Assembly: GCA_018238625.1 (NCBI GenBank) | Contig: JABCSY010000013.1 | Span: forward strand, 1-57,099 | Length of the DNA: 57,099 nt | Reading direction: 5' to 3' | DNA from: Promethearchaeota archaeon | GTDB taxonomy: Archaea > Asgardarchaeota > Lokiarchaeia > Sigyniarchaeales > SOKP01 | Shown here: positions 20,398-30,719 of the stretch, in pieces | How positions within the stretch are numbered: position 1 is the first letter of the stretch | Layout: every line of letters begins with the position of its first letter | The notes under the pieces: model-generated | Database searches by the model: none | Told to the model about the DNA's origin: nothing | What the model saw: the letters and a program-made list of their open reading frames with translations, nothing else | Position numbers and translations under genes: made by a program

Positions 20398-20665
20398 AAA
20401 GTTTTTAAATAAAATCAGAGAATTTTTTACTTTAATTTTCTATAACTTAATAGCATTAAAGAGTAGAAATATTAAAAAATTTTATTATTTACTTTCTCTA
20501 CTGATTTAATTATAAAACTAATAGGTTTCTAGTCGTAACAAATTAAATTAACAATTAAATGAAGAGCTTTGTTTTTAATAAAATTTTTATTCATAAGCTT
20601 TAACTATTTTTATGTAATTTGTTTATTTAAAATTTGATTTATCAAAAAGGAGAAATTGGGAAATA

Positions 20666-21682
20666 TTGTCAGTTGACACAAAAAAATTAGCGGCATTGCT
20701 CCAATGGTATAGACAAAGCCTTGATAATGAATTAATCGCAGTTTTAGTAGTAAATAGAGACGGATTAGTTATGGATTCTTTAATAGGTTCTTCAGAAAAT
20801 TCGATAGATGAAGAAATTATTAGTGGTGTAAGCGCTTTAGTAGAACCGGTATTAACTAGAATTACCGAAGAATTCAGTTCAGGATCCTTTGGAACGGGGA
20901 CTTTTGACACTGAAGATTATAGATTCATTTTTTGTGAAGCTGGACCAGAAGCTATTCTTGTTACAGTTTTAGACGCAATCGCTGGCGTAGATCCCGTTTT
21001 TCCTTACGCTTATTTAGCATCTGAAAAGATTGCCCGTATTTTCGACGGAAGAACAGTAAGTCCCGTTATTCCAAAATTAATTTCTGAACAAGATATAAAA
21101 CAAATTCAACGAAAAGTGGATAAACTTCAAAAAATGAATATAAAATCTGGAGAATATGCTTTTAAATTAATCCTTGGTGGAGATGGCGCAGTTGGTAAAA
21201 CAAGTATGGTACACAGATATGTTGAAAATAGTTTTGCCACTGATTATAAATCTACGATAGGAACTTCAATTATGAAAAAGAAATGTTCATTTGAAGGGCT
21301 TGAAAGTACGGTAAAGTTTGTAATATGGGATTTAGCAGGGCAAGCTCAATTTAAACGCGTTAGACAATCGTATTTAGCTAATGCAGAAGCAGGAATTTTA
21401 GTTTATGATGTAACAAATCGAACATCATTTGAAAGTATCACTAAAAATTGGTACAATGAAATTAAAAAAGCGTCTCCTAGCATTTCGCTTATTTTAGTTG
21501 GAAATAAAATAGATTTAGAAAAGGATAGAGTGGTTTCTACTGAAGAGGGGGAATCGCTAGCCCAAGAATTAAAGTTATCATATATAGAAACTTCAGCTAA
21601 AACAGGAGAAAACGTAAATGATGCTTTTAAGATGCTTGCTTTACAAATAATAAAAAAGTTTATAGTAATGGAGGATGTGTAA
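20666..21682 (+). CDS. Roadblock/LC7 domain fused to Rab/Ras-like small GTPase
   Basis: N-terminal VVNRDGLVM roadblock. GDGAVGKT, STIG, WDLAGQ, NKID and ETSAK motifs. Confidence 0.9.
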   Translation: MSVDTKKLAALLQWYRQSLDNELIAVLVVNRDGLVMDSLIGSSENSIDEEIISGVSALVEPVLTRITEEFSSGSFGTGTFDTEDYRFIFCEAGPEAILVTVLDAIAGVDPVFPYAYLASEKIARIFDGRTVSPVIPKLISEQDIKQIQRKVDKLQKMNIKSGEYAFKLILGGDGAVGKTSMVHRYVENSFATDYKSTIGTSIMKKKCSFEGLESTVKFVIWDLAGQAQFKRVRQSYLANAEAGILVYDVTNRTSFESITKNWYNEIKKASPSISLILVGNKIDLEKDRVVSTEEGESLAQELKLSYIETSAKTGENVNDAFKMLALQIIKKFIVMEDV

Positions 21683-21686
21683 ATAG

Positions 21687-21777
21687 AGCCTCTGGGGGGA
21701 GTTGAACCCCCGGCCTACTGATGATTCGAACCAGTTGATTTTACGAATCAGTCGCTCTACGACTAAGCCACAAAGGC
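21687..21777 (-). tRNA. tRNA-Thr(CGT) with 19-nt intron at 37/38 (21723..21741)
   Basis: Acceptor GCCTTTG/CAGAGGC-T. Anticodon arm ACTGA-TTCGTA[intron]A-TCAGT. BHB with TTCG/CGAA central helix. Confidence 0.92.
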
Positions 21778-21829
21778 GAAATATTTTTTATATTAAATAT
21801 AAATATAAGAAAATTATAAAATTTTACTA

Positions 21830-22843
21830 ATGAATAACGATCATATTAGTTCAATAGGAGAAATAACATTAATAAGAATTATAGAAGAATTAATTTTTGA
21901 AAAAACTGGAAGGAAATTAATTAGAGATGATTCTTTTTTTTTTAAGATTATAGAGGAAAACAACCTAAAGGATATTGTTCTTAACTCAGACATGTTCAAT
22001 GCTACAACTGATGCTCCAGAACAAATGTCCTTTTATCAGATGGGAAGAAAATCTGTTCTTATGAATATAAGTGATCTTGTTGTTAAGGGCGTAAAACCCC
22101 AAGGTATCATTATTTCTCTAGGACTTCCTGGAAATTTAAAAGTTATAGATTTTAAATGTTTGATTGAAGGAATTATCGATTATGTGAAATTGTGGAATAT
22201 TAATTATCTGGGAGGAGATATTAACAAATCTAAAGAAATAATTATAAATCCTACTGTATTTGGCTTTAAGGATCCAAAAAAAATAATTTATCGAAAAGGT
22301 TTAAAACCAGAAGATTTAGTTTTAATAAACAATAAATTTGGTTTAACTGGTGTAGGATTTGACATAATTTTAAATAGAAAAGAGAAAATAGAGGATTTTC
22401 CTAAGTATAGTAGAGCTATCAAAAGTGTATTAGAACCAACCGATATAGGAAAGGCTGGTATTATTTTGGCAGATAAACAATTAGCAACGGCGAGTATTGA
22501 TTCTTCTGATGGGTTATCTAAATCTTTAAAAGATTTGCTTTTGTCAAATCCTAAAATGGGGTTTGAAATTGAATTTAATGAAAATCTAATTCATCAAGAT
22601 TCAATAAAATATTCAAAAGAATACGATATCTCGTTAGAAGAATTAGTCTTTAATGGAGGAGAAGAATTTATTCATCTATTTACAACCAATGCCAAAAATT
22701 TTAAAGCGGCTCAAAAATTCGTCAATTCGAGGGGTGGAAAATTGTTCAAGATCGGAAAGGTAATTTCTGAGGAAAAAATCTATTTTTTAAAAGAAGGTAA
22801 AAGAATTGAATTAAAGAGTCAAGGTTATGAACATTTTAAATAA
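21830..22843 (+). CDS. thiL: Thiamine-monophosphate kinase
   Basis: IGEI, RDDS, NISDL, GGDIN, IDSSDGL and GGEEF motifs. Confidence 0.88.
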   Translation: MNNDHISSIGEITLIRIIEELIFEKTGRKLIRDDSFFFKIIEENNLKDIVLNSDMFNATTDAPEQMSFYQMGRKSVLMNISDLVVKGVKPQGIIISLGLPGNLKVIDFKCLIEGIIDYVKLWNINYLGGDINKSKEIIINPTVFGFKDPKKIIYRKGLKPEDLVLINNKFGLTGVGFDIILNRKEKIEDFPKYSRAIKSVLEPTDIGKAGIILADKQLATASIDSSDGLSKSLKDLLLSNPKMGFEIEFNENLIHQDSIKYSKEYDISLEELVFNGGEEFIHLFTTNAKNFKAAQKFVNSRGGKLFKIGKVISEEKIYFLKEGKRIELKSQGYEHFK

Positions 22844-22997
22844 TTTACCTTAATGAAAACATTCAAGGAATATAGAACAGAAACGACTACAGAAAAAGTT
22901 ATAAATTATTATAGATTTTATCCATTACAATTTTACTTTAATTTAAACTTTTAACAAGAATTAGAACATTTGATCTTATTATTAATCTATTAGCACA

Positions 22998-23101
22998 GGG
23001 CCATTAGCGCAGGCAGGTAGCGCAGCAGGCTTTTAACCTGAAGGTCGTGGGTTCGATATGCTCGTTCGGAAAGATCGGGTGCGAAATTCCCACATGGCCC
23101 G
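22998..23101 (+). tRNA. tRNA-Lys(TTT) with 30-nt non-canonical T-loop intron (23058..23087)
   Basis: Acceptor GGGCCAT/ATGGCCC-G, anticodon loop CTTTTAA. T arm GTGGG-TTCGAT[intron]T-CCCAC with BHB. Confidence 0.9.
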
Positions 23102-23243
23102 CTAATATTTTACTCTTTGTTAAGGTTGAGTTAAAATTTATTTTTAAAAGAAAAGTTTTGCATGAAATAATTAATTGAGTATACATTAAAGGTAAATATT
23201 AAGATAGATCGCTAAAACAAATAAGCTCTCTTACATCAAAAAA

Positions 23244-24260
23244 ATGGTTGATATAGAATTTAAATTACCTTCTGATGAACCCGAACAATTAATAATTAAA
23301 TCCCAAGACACTACTAACGAAGAATATGGGTGTGAACCAGACAAAAGAGACATAGAAACCCTCTTAAAATATGGTGTTATAAATTTAAATAAACCCAGTG
23401 GCCCAACAAGCCATGAAGTAGTCTCTTGGGCCCGCAAGATTTTAGAAATTGACAACGCGGGACATGGAGGGACCTTGGATCCAAAGGTTACTGGAATATT
23501 ACCGTGTGCGCTTGGTAAAGCTACAAGAGTTTTGTCGGCATTATTGTATGCCGGTAAAGAATATGTAGGAGTTATGTATTTACACACACCAGAGAAATTA
23601 AAAAAAATTGAAAAAATATTTACAATATTCACGGGTAAAATTTATCAAATGCCTCCTATAAAATCATCAGTAGTTCGAAAACTGAGAATAAGAGAGATAT
23701 ATTATGTTAAAGTGCTTGAAGTAAATAAGAATCACGTATTGTTTAAGGTCGGATGCGAAGCAGGTACTTACATTCGAAAATTATGTTTTGATATAGGAGA
23801 AGCTTTGTGTTCAGGAGCACATATGTTAGAGTTAAGGCGAACTAGAGTAGGGCCTTTTACAGAAGATAAAAGCCATGTAAATCTTCACAATCTAAAAGAT
23901 GCATATTCTATATACCGTGAAGAAGGTGATGACTATTATTTGAGAAAAATAATTTCTCCTATGGAAAAAATGGTATCACATTTGCCAAAAATATTTGTAA
24001 GAGATACTGCTGTTGATGCTTTATGTCATGGTGCAGATTTAGCTTCTGCTGGAACGTGTTATGTAGATGCACGGATCAATAATAACATGCAAATAGTTTA
24101 CATGACGCTTAAAAAAGAGCTAATTGGTTTTGGTACTGCTAAAATGAATGCAATGAAGATCTACAAGGCAAAATCTGGAATTGTGGCTAGAACTAATAAA
24201 ATATTTATGGAACGAGGTATTTATCCTCGGTGGAACGAGATAATCAAAAACAAAAACTAG
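23244..24260 (+). CDS. cbf5: H/ACA RNA-guided pseudouridine synthase Cbf5
   Basis: KPSGPTSHEV, GHGGTLDPKVTG, GTYIRKLC and C-terminal PUA domain. Confidence 0.96.
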   Translation: MVDIEFKLPSDEPEQLIIKSQDTTNEEYGCEPDKRDIETLLKYGVINLNKPSGPTSHEVVSWARKILEIDNAGHGGTLDPKVTGILPCALGKATRVLSALLYAGKEYVGVMYLHTPEKLKKIEKIFTIFTGKIYQMPPIKSSVVRKLRIREIYYVKVLEVNKNHVLFKVGCEAGTYIRKLCFDIGEALCSGAHMLELRRTRVGPFTEDKSHVNLHNLKDAYSIYREEGDDYYLRKIISPMEKMVSHLPKIFVRDTAVDALCHGADLASAGTCYVDARINNNMQIVYMTLKKELIGFGTAKMNAMKIYKAKSGIVARTNKIFMERGIYPRWNEIIKNKN

Positions 24261-24274
24261 CAAAATATAAAAAT

Positions 24275-24913
24275 ATGAAGCAAAAGAACCAACATTATTC
24301 TACTCAGTTCCCAGATGTAAAAATTAAAGTTTTTTCCGTTCCAGAAAGTTTAAAACAGCATTTATTTATTTTTAAAACTATCACAGGCGTTTTTTCATTT
24401 AAAAAAATAGATTTAGGAACTAAGGTTTTTATTGAGCACATGACCGTTCCAAAAAAACAGAGCGTTTTGCTAGATCTAGGGTGCGGATATGGCGTGATAG
24501 GGATTGTTTTGGCATATATATCGCCCCAAAGCACAGTTTATCTAATCGATATAAATAAAAGAGCAATCTGGTGCACTAGGGAAAATATAAAATATAATTT
24601 ATCGGATAGGGCAAATAAAGTTATTACTTTTTCAGGAAACTATTTTGAACCTATAAAAAATAAAAACATAAAGTTTGATGGAATATATATGAACCCACCT
24701 TTACGCAATGGTAGAAAAGAATTTCTAAAGATATGTGAAGAGGTTCCTTATTTTTTAAAGCCAAAAGGACTATTTCAATTCGTGATTAAAAAAAAAATGG
24801 GTGCAGAATTTGTATTAAAATACATTACTAGCAATTTTTCAGAGATTTTCGATATCAAGATAATTTGTAAGAGATCTGGATACTGGGTTTTTGATCTAAC
24901 TTTATTAGATTAG
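24275..24913 (+). CDS. Class I SAM-dependent methyltransferase (RsmC-like)
   Basis: GVFSFKKIDLGT, LDLGCGYG and NPPL. Start taken at ATG 24275. Confidence 0.85.
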   Translation: MKQKNQHYSTQFPDVKIKVFSVPESLKQHLFIFKTITGVFSFKKIDLGTKVFIEHMTVPKKQSVLLDLGCGYGVIGIVLAYISPQSTVYLIDINKRAIWCTRENIKYNLSDRANKVITFSGNYFEPIKNKNIKFDGIYMNPPLRNGRKEFLKICEEVPYFLKPKGLFQFVIKKKMGAEFVLKYITSNFSEIFDIKIICKRSGYWVFDLTLLD

Positions 24914-25022
24914 AGTAATATTTTTAATAATAAAATTCAAGAAAAATATTTAGTAAAAATGGAAAATTTTTTTACAAATCAAATATTCCTCTAAAAAATA
25001 TAGTAAGGAAAGAGGATTTTTT

Positions 25023-25280
25023 TTGACTAAAAAAAGAAAGATAGATGTTCTACTTCATGAGCTGGTTCCCAAACATTATCTTCTAACAAAAGAAGAGTCG
25101 CAAAATTTGTTAGAAAAATATAAAATACATATTTCTGATTTACCTCAAATGTTTGAAAAAGATCCAGTAGCAATTGCGATTGGTGCAAAAGAAGGTGATA
25201 TTGTTAAAATTGTTCGAGATTCTCGTACAACAGTAAAGTTCATAGATTATTATCGTTATGTCAAAAAAGAAAAAGTGTAA
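25023..25280 (+). CDS. rpoH: RNA polymerase subunit H (Rpo5)
   Basis: HELVPKH, LPQM..KDPV, GDIVKIVR and YYRYV. Confidence 0.96.
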   Translation: MTKKRKIDVLLHELVPKHYLLTKEESQNLLEKYKIHISDLPQMFEKDPVAIAIGAKEGDIVKIVRDSRTTVKFIDYYRYVKKEKV

Positions 25281-25325
25281 TTAATCTCTTTTATTGAAAT
25301 AAATATTAAATAGGTTAGGCAAAAA

Positions 25326-28300
25326 TTGAGTGCTGAAAGATTATCTAATAACGATAAATGGGTCGTTTTAAAAAGCTTATTTGATGAGAAGGGTCTAGTG
25401 CGTCAACATCTCGATTCGTATAATATTTTTATTCAGGATGAGATGCAAAGTATAGTAGATGAATCGAATGAAGTAGTCCCTGATATTCCCGGCTTCAAGA
25501 TAAGTTTTGGGAGCATTAAGGTGGGAGTACCTAAAGTCAGGGAAGCTGACGGTGCCACGATGGAAATCACACCTATTGAGGCTAGAATTCGAGAATTAAG
25601 TTATGCTGCGGATATTATATTAGAAATGACTCCCATTACTATTGATGAACGAACTCAAAGGGAGGAAGCGGAAGAGACGCTTGATATATATATCGGTAAG
25701 ATACCTATAATGCTAAAAAGTTGTCGTTGTCCTTTAGAAAACTTAACGGAACAAGAGTTAATTAACCGAGGAGAAGACCCACTTGATCCCGGTGGATATT
25801 TTATAATAAATGGGACTGAGCGCGTACTGGTGACGCAAGAAGATTTAGCCCCAAATAGAATTTTAGCGGAAGAGGCAAGTAGAAGTTCAAGTGCTACACA
25901 TCAAGCAAAAGTATTTTCTACGAGAAGTGGTTTTCGGGCACCAGTAACAATCGAAAGAAAGAAAGACGGGAATTTAAGAGTCTCCTTTCCTTCAGTTCCG
26001 GGCAAAATTCCTCTTGCGATCTTAATGCGAGCCTTAGGGTTACACTCTGATAGAGAAATTTTTGAAGCCATTTCAGAAAATGATGATATTCAGAAGGAAT
26101 TGATTCCAGTTATAGATGTCGCTTCAGAAATTCAAGTATTAAAAGATCCTGAAAAATCTCAACAAAATGCTTTAGATTATATAGGAAAGAGAGTCGCAAT
26201 TGGACAAACTAAGGATTACCGGATTAGAAGAGCGCTTCAAGTTTTAGATAGATACCTTTTACCCCATATTGGAAATGCGGAAGAGGATCGAATAAAGAAA
26301 GCTTATTATTTAGGTCAAATGGCTCAAAAAGTTATGGAACTCGCCTTAAAGTTTCGTGAGTCTGATGATAAAGATCATTATGCCAATAAAAGGTTAAAAT
26401 TAGCTGGTGAGTTATTTACATCATTATTTAGAGTTGCATTTTTAAATCTTGTAAAAGATATAAAATACCAACTAGAGCGTACAGCTGTTCGAGGGAGAGC
26501 TCCCAATATCAAAACAGCTGTGAGGGCGGACGTAATTACTGAAAGAATAAGACATGCTTTAGCAACGGGCAACTGGGTTGGAGGTAAAGCTGGCGTTAGT
26601 CAATTGCTGAATAGAACAAATCATGTTGGAACATTAAGCCATTTAAGGAGAGTAATTTCACCGTTAAGTAGAAGTCAACCGCATTTTGAAGCGAGAGATT
26701 TACATCCGACCCAATGGGGTAAGATTTGTCCAGCAGAAACTCCAGAAGGGCCAAATTGTGGTTTGGTTAAAAATCTTGGTTTAGCGTCTATTATTTCAGT
26801 TGGCGCCGATGAGAGAATTATCGAAAATATACTGATAGATTTAGGAGTAATACCAATTAATGAAGTAAAAAGAATAAAAGGAGAAAAAGTAAATGTATTT
26901 CTTAATGGTAAATTAGTTGGTATTCATCAAAAGCATAATCCTTTTTTAAATCAACTCAGGGAGAAGAGACGTAGAGGCGAGATTGGTCAACATGTGAACA
27001 TAGGATATTATAACGATTCTAAAGAGATTCAAATAAATTGTGATGCGGGAAGAGCGACTAGACCTTTATTTATAATTAAGAATACACAAATCCTCATTAA
27101 GAAGGAAGATATAGAGAAAATTAAACTAGGTAAGTATGTTTGGACAGATTTGATTGAGAAAGGCGTTATTGAATATTTAGACGCAGAAGAAGAAGAGAAT
27201 GCTTATATTGCTATGTTTGAAGAAGATATTACGGCTGAACATACACATTTAGAAATTTCTCCTGCTGCAATTTTAGGAATATGCGCTTCAATAATTCCCT
27301 TTCCAGAACACAATCAATCCCCACGAAATACATACGAAGCGGGAATGGTTAAGCAAGCATTAGGGCTATTTGCTGCAAACATGCATTTAAAGCTTGATAC
27401 GCGTGGTCACACCCTTCACTATCCTCAACAACCATTAGTTATAACGAGTCCCATGAAGATAATTGGAATTAATCGCCGACCAGCGGGACAAAACTTTATA
27501 GTTGGTATGATGAGTTTTGAAGGATATAATATTGAAGATGCAATTATTATAAATAAATCCTCAATAGAACGCGGTCTTGCACGCAGTCATTTTTTCAGAA
27601 CTTACGACGCCGAAGAAAGAAAATATCCCGGAGGGGAATTGGATAAATTCGAAATACCAGAAAGAGGAGTTAGAGGTTTCAAATCCGCTGAATCTTATCG
27701 ATTATTATCTGAAGAGGATGGAATTATCGAACCCGAAACCAGTGTAAATGGGGGCGATGTTTTAATAGGACGCACTTCTCCTCCACGATTTATTAAATCT
27801 TACGAAGAATTTGAATTGATGCAGCCAAATAGAAGAGAAACTTCAAAAAATATGCGTCACAACGAGAAAGGAATTGTAGACACCGTAATTATTTCTGAAA
27901 CTGTTGATGGTAATAAACTAGTTAAAATTAAAGTGAGAGACTTACGTATTCCTGAATTAGGGGATAAATTCTCTTCACGACATGGACAGAAAGGGGTACT
28001 GGGGTTAGTCCAGCCAGCTGAGGACATGCCTTTCACTTCAAATGGTGTAATTCCAGATATTATTGTAAACCCTCATGCTATGCCATCAAGAATGACCTTA
28101 GGACAGCTCTTTGAAGGAATTAGTGGTAAAATTGCGTGTACAACCGGAGAATTAGGTGATGCGACAGCGTTCGAATGGAAAGATATCACTAAACTTCAAG
28201 ATCAATTAGTAGAAGCGGGATTTGAATTCAATGGAAGAGAGGTAATGTATAACGGAATTACAGGAGAAAAATATGAGGCAGGAATTTATTGCGCCCCAAT

Positions 28301-28697
28301 TTATTATCAAAAATTGTATCATCTTGTTGCAGACAAACTTCACGCAAGAGCAAGGGGACCGGTTCAAATTCTAACTAGACAACCAACAGAAGGAAGAGCA
28401 AGAGAAGGAGGTTTGCGATTCGGCGAGATGGAACGAGATTGCTTAGTGGGTCACGGGTCCGCTTTATTATTAAAGGAAAGATTGCTTGATGAGTCTGATA
28501 GAACTGTAATTTTAGTTTGTGAGAAATGTGGGCTATTAGCAGTTTACGATCGAAACAAAGATAAAAGATATTGTCCTGTATGTGGACAAGGAACTGTGAT
28601 ATCAAAAGTAGTATGTTCTTATGCTTTCAAACTGTTACTCCAAGAAATGATGAGTTTAGGACTTGCGCCACGTTTAAAATTAAAAGAAAAAATTTAA
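25326..28697 (+). CDS. rpoB: RNA polymerase subunit B (Rpo2, unsplit)
   Basis: GYFIINGTERV, ETPEG, GDKFSSRHGQKG and GLRFGEMERD. Confidence 0.98.
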   Translation: MSAERLSNNDKWVVLKSLFDEKGLVRQHLDSYNIFIQDEMQSIVDESNEVVPDIPGFKISFGSIKVGVPKVREADGATMEITPIEARIRELSYAADIILEMTPITIDERTQREEAEETLDIYIGKIPIMLKSCRCPLENLTEQELINRGEDPLDPGGYFIINGTERVLVTQEDLAPNRILAEEASRSSSATHQAKVFSTRSGFRAPVTIERKKDGNLRVSFPSVPGKIPLAILMRALGLHSDREIFEAISENDDIQKELIPVIDVASEIQVLKDPEKSQQNALDYIGKRVAIGQTKDYRIRRALQVLDRYLLPHIGNAEEDRIKKAYYLGQMAQKVMELALKFRESDDKDHYANKRLKLAGELFTSLFRVAFLNLVKDIKYQLERTAVRGRAPNIKTAVRADVITERIRHALATGNWVGGKAGVSQLLNRTNHVGTLSHLRRVISPLSRSQPHFEARDLHPTQWGKICPAETPEGPNCGLVKNLGLASIISVGADERIIENILIDLGVIPINEVKRIKGEKVNVFLNGKLVGIHQKHNPFLNQLREKRRRGEIGQHVNIGYYNDSKEIQINCDAGRATRPLFIIKNTQILIKKEDIEKIKLGKYVWTDLIEKGVIEYLDAEEEENAYIAMFEEDITAEHTHLEISPAAILGICASIIPFPEHNQSPRNTYEAGMVKQALGLFAANMHLKLDTRGHTLHYPQQPLVITSPMKIIGINRRPAGQNFIVGMMSFEGYNIEDAIIINKSSIERGLARSHFFRTYDAEERKYPGGELDKFEIPERGVRGFKSAESYRLLSEEDGIIEPETSVNGGDVLIGRTSPPRFIKSYEEFELMQPNRRETSKNMRHNEKGIVDTVIISETVDGNKLVKIKVRDLRIPELGDKFSSRHGQKGVLGLVQPAEDMPFTSNGVIPDIIVNPHAMPSRMTLGQLFEGISGKIACTTGELGDATAFEWKDITKLQDQLVEAGFEFNGREVMYNGITGEKYEAGIYCAPIYYQKLYHLVADKLHARARGPVQILTRQPTEGRAREGGLRFGEMERDCLVGHGSALLLKERLLDESDRTVILVCEKCGLLAVYDRNKDKRYCPVCGQGTVISKVVCSYAFKLLLQEMMSLGLAPRLKLKEKI

Positions 28698-28785
28698 TCA
28701 AATTATCTCATTTTTACTCTATTTACTATTATTTTTCAATTAGATAACCAAACTTCAATTATAATTGTAAAATAAAAAAAAAGAT

Positions 28786-29211
28786 TTAAAGGCCAAATCC
28801 TAGGAATGCATAAAGCTCTGGTATCATAGTATAGAGAAGAAACAAGAAAAACAATGTTAGTAAAGATATCCATACAGCTTGATCCCAAGAAAGGTCGATT
28901 AAAAATTTTGTTAAAATCAATATAATTAGAAATCCGATGATAGGCGTTAATTGAGTTAAATAGTTTGAGCCACTAAAAGCTATTAAAGAACCAATTGCTC
29001 CTAATACTGAATTTATTGCTCCCAGAATTATTGGTATTATTAAGACGCAAATAAAAGCTAAGAGAATTATTAAAAATTTTTTATCAGAAGCTTTAGTTTT
29101 AGAACCAATAAGCAAAACCGAGATGTAAATGATTAACGCGACAATAACAGTTGCTAGTATTAGCCACAAAATAAAGAATAAAGTACTTTCTCCTTGAAAT
29201 AACATTTTCAA
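28786..29211 (-). CDS. Hypothetical membrane protein (~4 TM)
   Basis: 141-aa hydrophobic ORF with GGAG upstream. Confidence 0.6.
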   Translation of the reverse strand: MKMLFQGESTLFFILWLILATVIVALIIYISVLLIGSKTKASDKKFLIILLAFICVLIIPIILGAINSVLGAIGSLIAFSGSNYLTQLTPIIGFLIILILTKFLIDLSWDQAVWISLLTLFFLFLLYTMIPELYAFLGFGL

Positions 29212-29411
29212 AACTCCAATTTAATTTTTAGTTTGTTAAAATAATTATTTATAAGAAAAATATTTTCCTTCTTTTATAAATGTTGATCATATTTATTATT
29301 GATTGACATTGAGATTGAACTAATTTTGAAAATAGTAATCTTACAAGGATTTATAGATATTTATACAAAGTTGAAAAAAAATTAAAATGAGGTGCTAGTT
29401 TAAAAGATAAA

Positions 29412-29639
29412 TTATATACCAAACGATATGAGGAAGAAATGGAACGCAAAACCTAGAAATACGGCTGCAAAGGTTATTGAAAGGATCGAGAGTTTAATTG
29501 ATAATTCCCTTCCATATCTTGTATAAACTATTAAAATCGTTAAACTAAACAATCCAACTATTAGAAAAATCCACGCTAATATCCAAATAGCTAATGAAGG
29601 AATTTGAAAATCATTAATTTGAAGGAATGTAAACAACAT
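29412..29639 (-). CDS. OST5/TMEM258-like two-helix membrane protein
   Basis: 75 aa, two TM helices. C-terminal SITFAAVFLGFAFHFFLISFGI resembles the TMEM258 tail pattern (AS.FMGFG..FL.L..GI). Confidence 0.6.
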   Translation of the reverse strand: MLFTFLQINDFQIPSLAIWILAWIFLIVGLFSLTILIVYTRYGRELSIKLSILSITFAAVFLGFAFHFFLISFGI

Positions 29640-29834
29640 AAATAATCACTAAATATTTTTATGATTTAATTTATATGTTATCTTTTATTTTTTTTTAACT
29701 TTATTAAAGTTCTCAAGAATAGTATCTTTTAACTTAATTTTAGTCACTTCTTATTGAATAAATTAAAATTTAAAGTTGTATTTTATTTATATTATTTAGA
29801 TCTATATTATTAAAAGGAAATTAATGAGATAAAA

Positions 29835-30617
29835 ATGCATTTTTTAAGTAGATTAATTGAGAACCCAATTTTAGAGGATCCTGCAAAAAACCATATGAAC
29901 ATTCATAGACATTTCTACAGGTATTCTAAGGGAGATTTTATTGGTCCCGCAATAAAAATCGTTAAAACTAAAGCAAAAATAACTTTGAAAGGTACTCATG
30001 AATATGAAGATTTAATTACAGAAATTATCGCTAAAACAATTTCGGACCCACAAAATAGTTTTGAAGTTAAAGGAAAACTAATTACAGGCATGGATTTATC
30101 AGAGACCATCACGGATTTAGGATTAAATTGGATTTTAAAAAAATCCACGGGTAAAACAAAGAATTACAAGGCTGATATTGATGATCAAATAAATAAAAAG
30201 CAGTTACTCCAAACAATTAATGCATTTCGAGAAAATAGTTATTTATTACTGTCCTTTATTATTAGCCCAACCATTAAAGTCACAACCAAAAAAAACATAC
30301 CACAGCCATCTAAAAAAAAGGCTGAAGATGATGATTTAGGTAAAAGAATTCAGTTTTGCACTGGAATTATAAGTAATACAGATGCAAATCTTAAGATGGT
30401 TTTAGATTCAGTTGCTTCTGATTTTAAAACGGACATTCCTAATAACTGGAAAACTATCATTTTGCTCAATAACTACAACATAACTGAGATTGTAATCCCA
30501 AAAGACATCAAGGACTCTCGCTTATTAAGGATTATGGCCATTAGAAAAGGGAAAATGTTTCGATCGATTAATATAGATGGTGAACTAATAGAAAAACAGA
30601 TTTCAATCTTTGTTTAA
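29835..30617 (+). CDS. Hypothetical protein
   Basis: 260-aa ORF; no recognised motif. Confidence 0.6.
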   Translation: MHFLSRLIENPILEDPAKNHMNIHRHFYRYSKGDFIGPAIKIVKTKAKITLKGTHEYEDLITEIIAKTISDPQNSFEVKGKLITGMDLSETITDLGLNWILKKSTGKTKNYKADIDDQINKKQLLQTINAFRENSYLLLSFIISPTIKVTTKKNIPQPSKKKAEDDDLGKRIQFCTGIISNTDANLKMVLDSVASDFKTDIPNNWKTIILLNNYNITEIVIPKDIKDSRLLRIMAIRKGKMFRSINIDGELIEKQISIFV

Positions 30618-30719
30618 TTTTTTTGAACTTAAATTCCGTTATTTAAAAATTCAAAAAATTTAATTTTTAAAAAGGTTTAAGTAAATTATTAATAGAAAAA
30701 ATATGGAATATGACTGATT

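Noticed and set aside
23004-23186. 60-aa minus-strand ORF
   Set aside because: It is antisense to tRNA-Lys.
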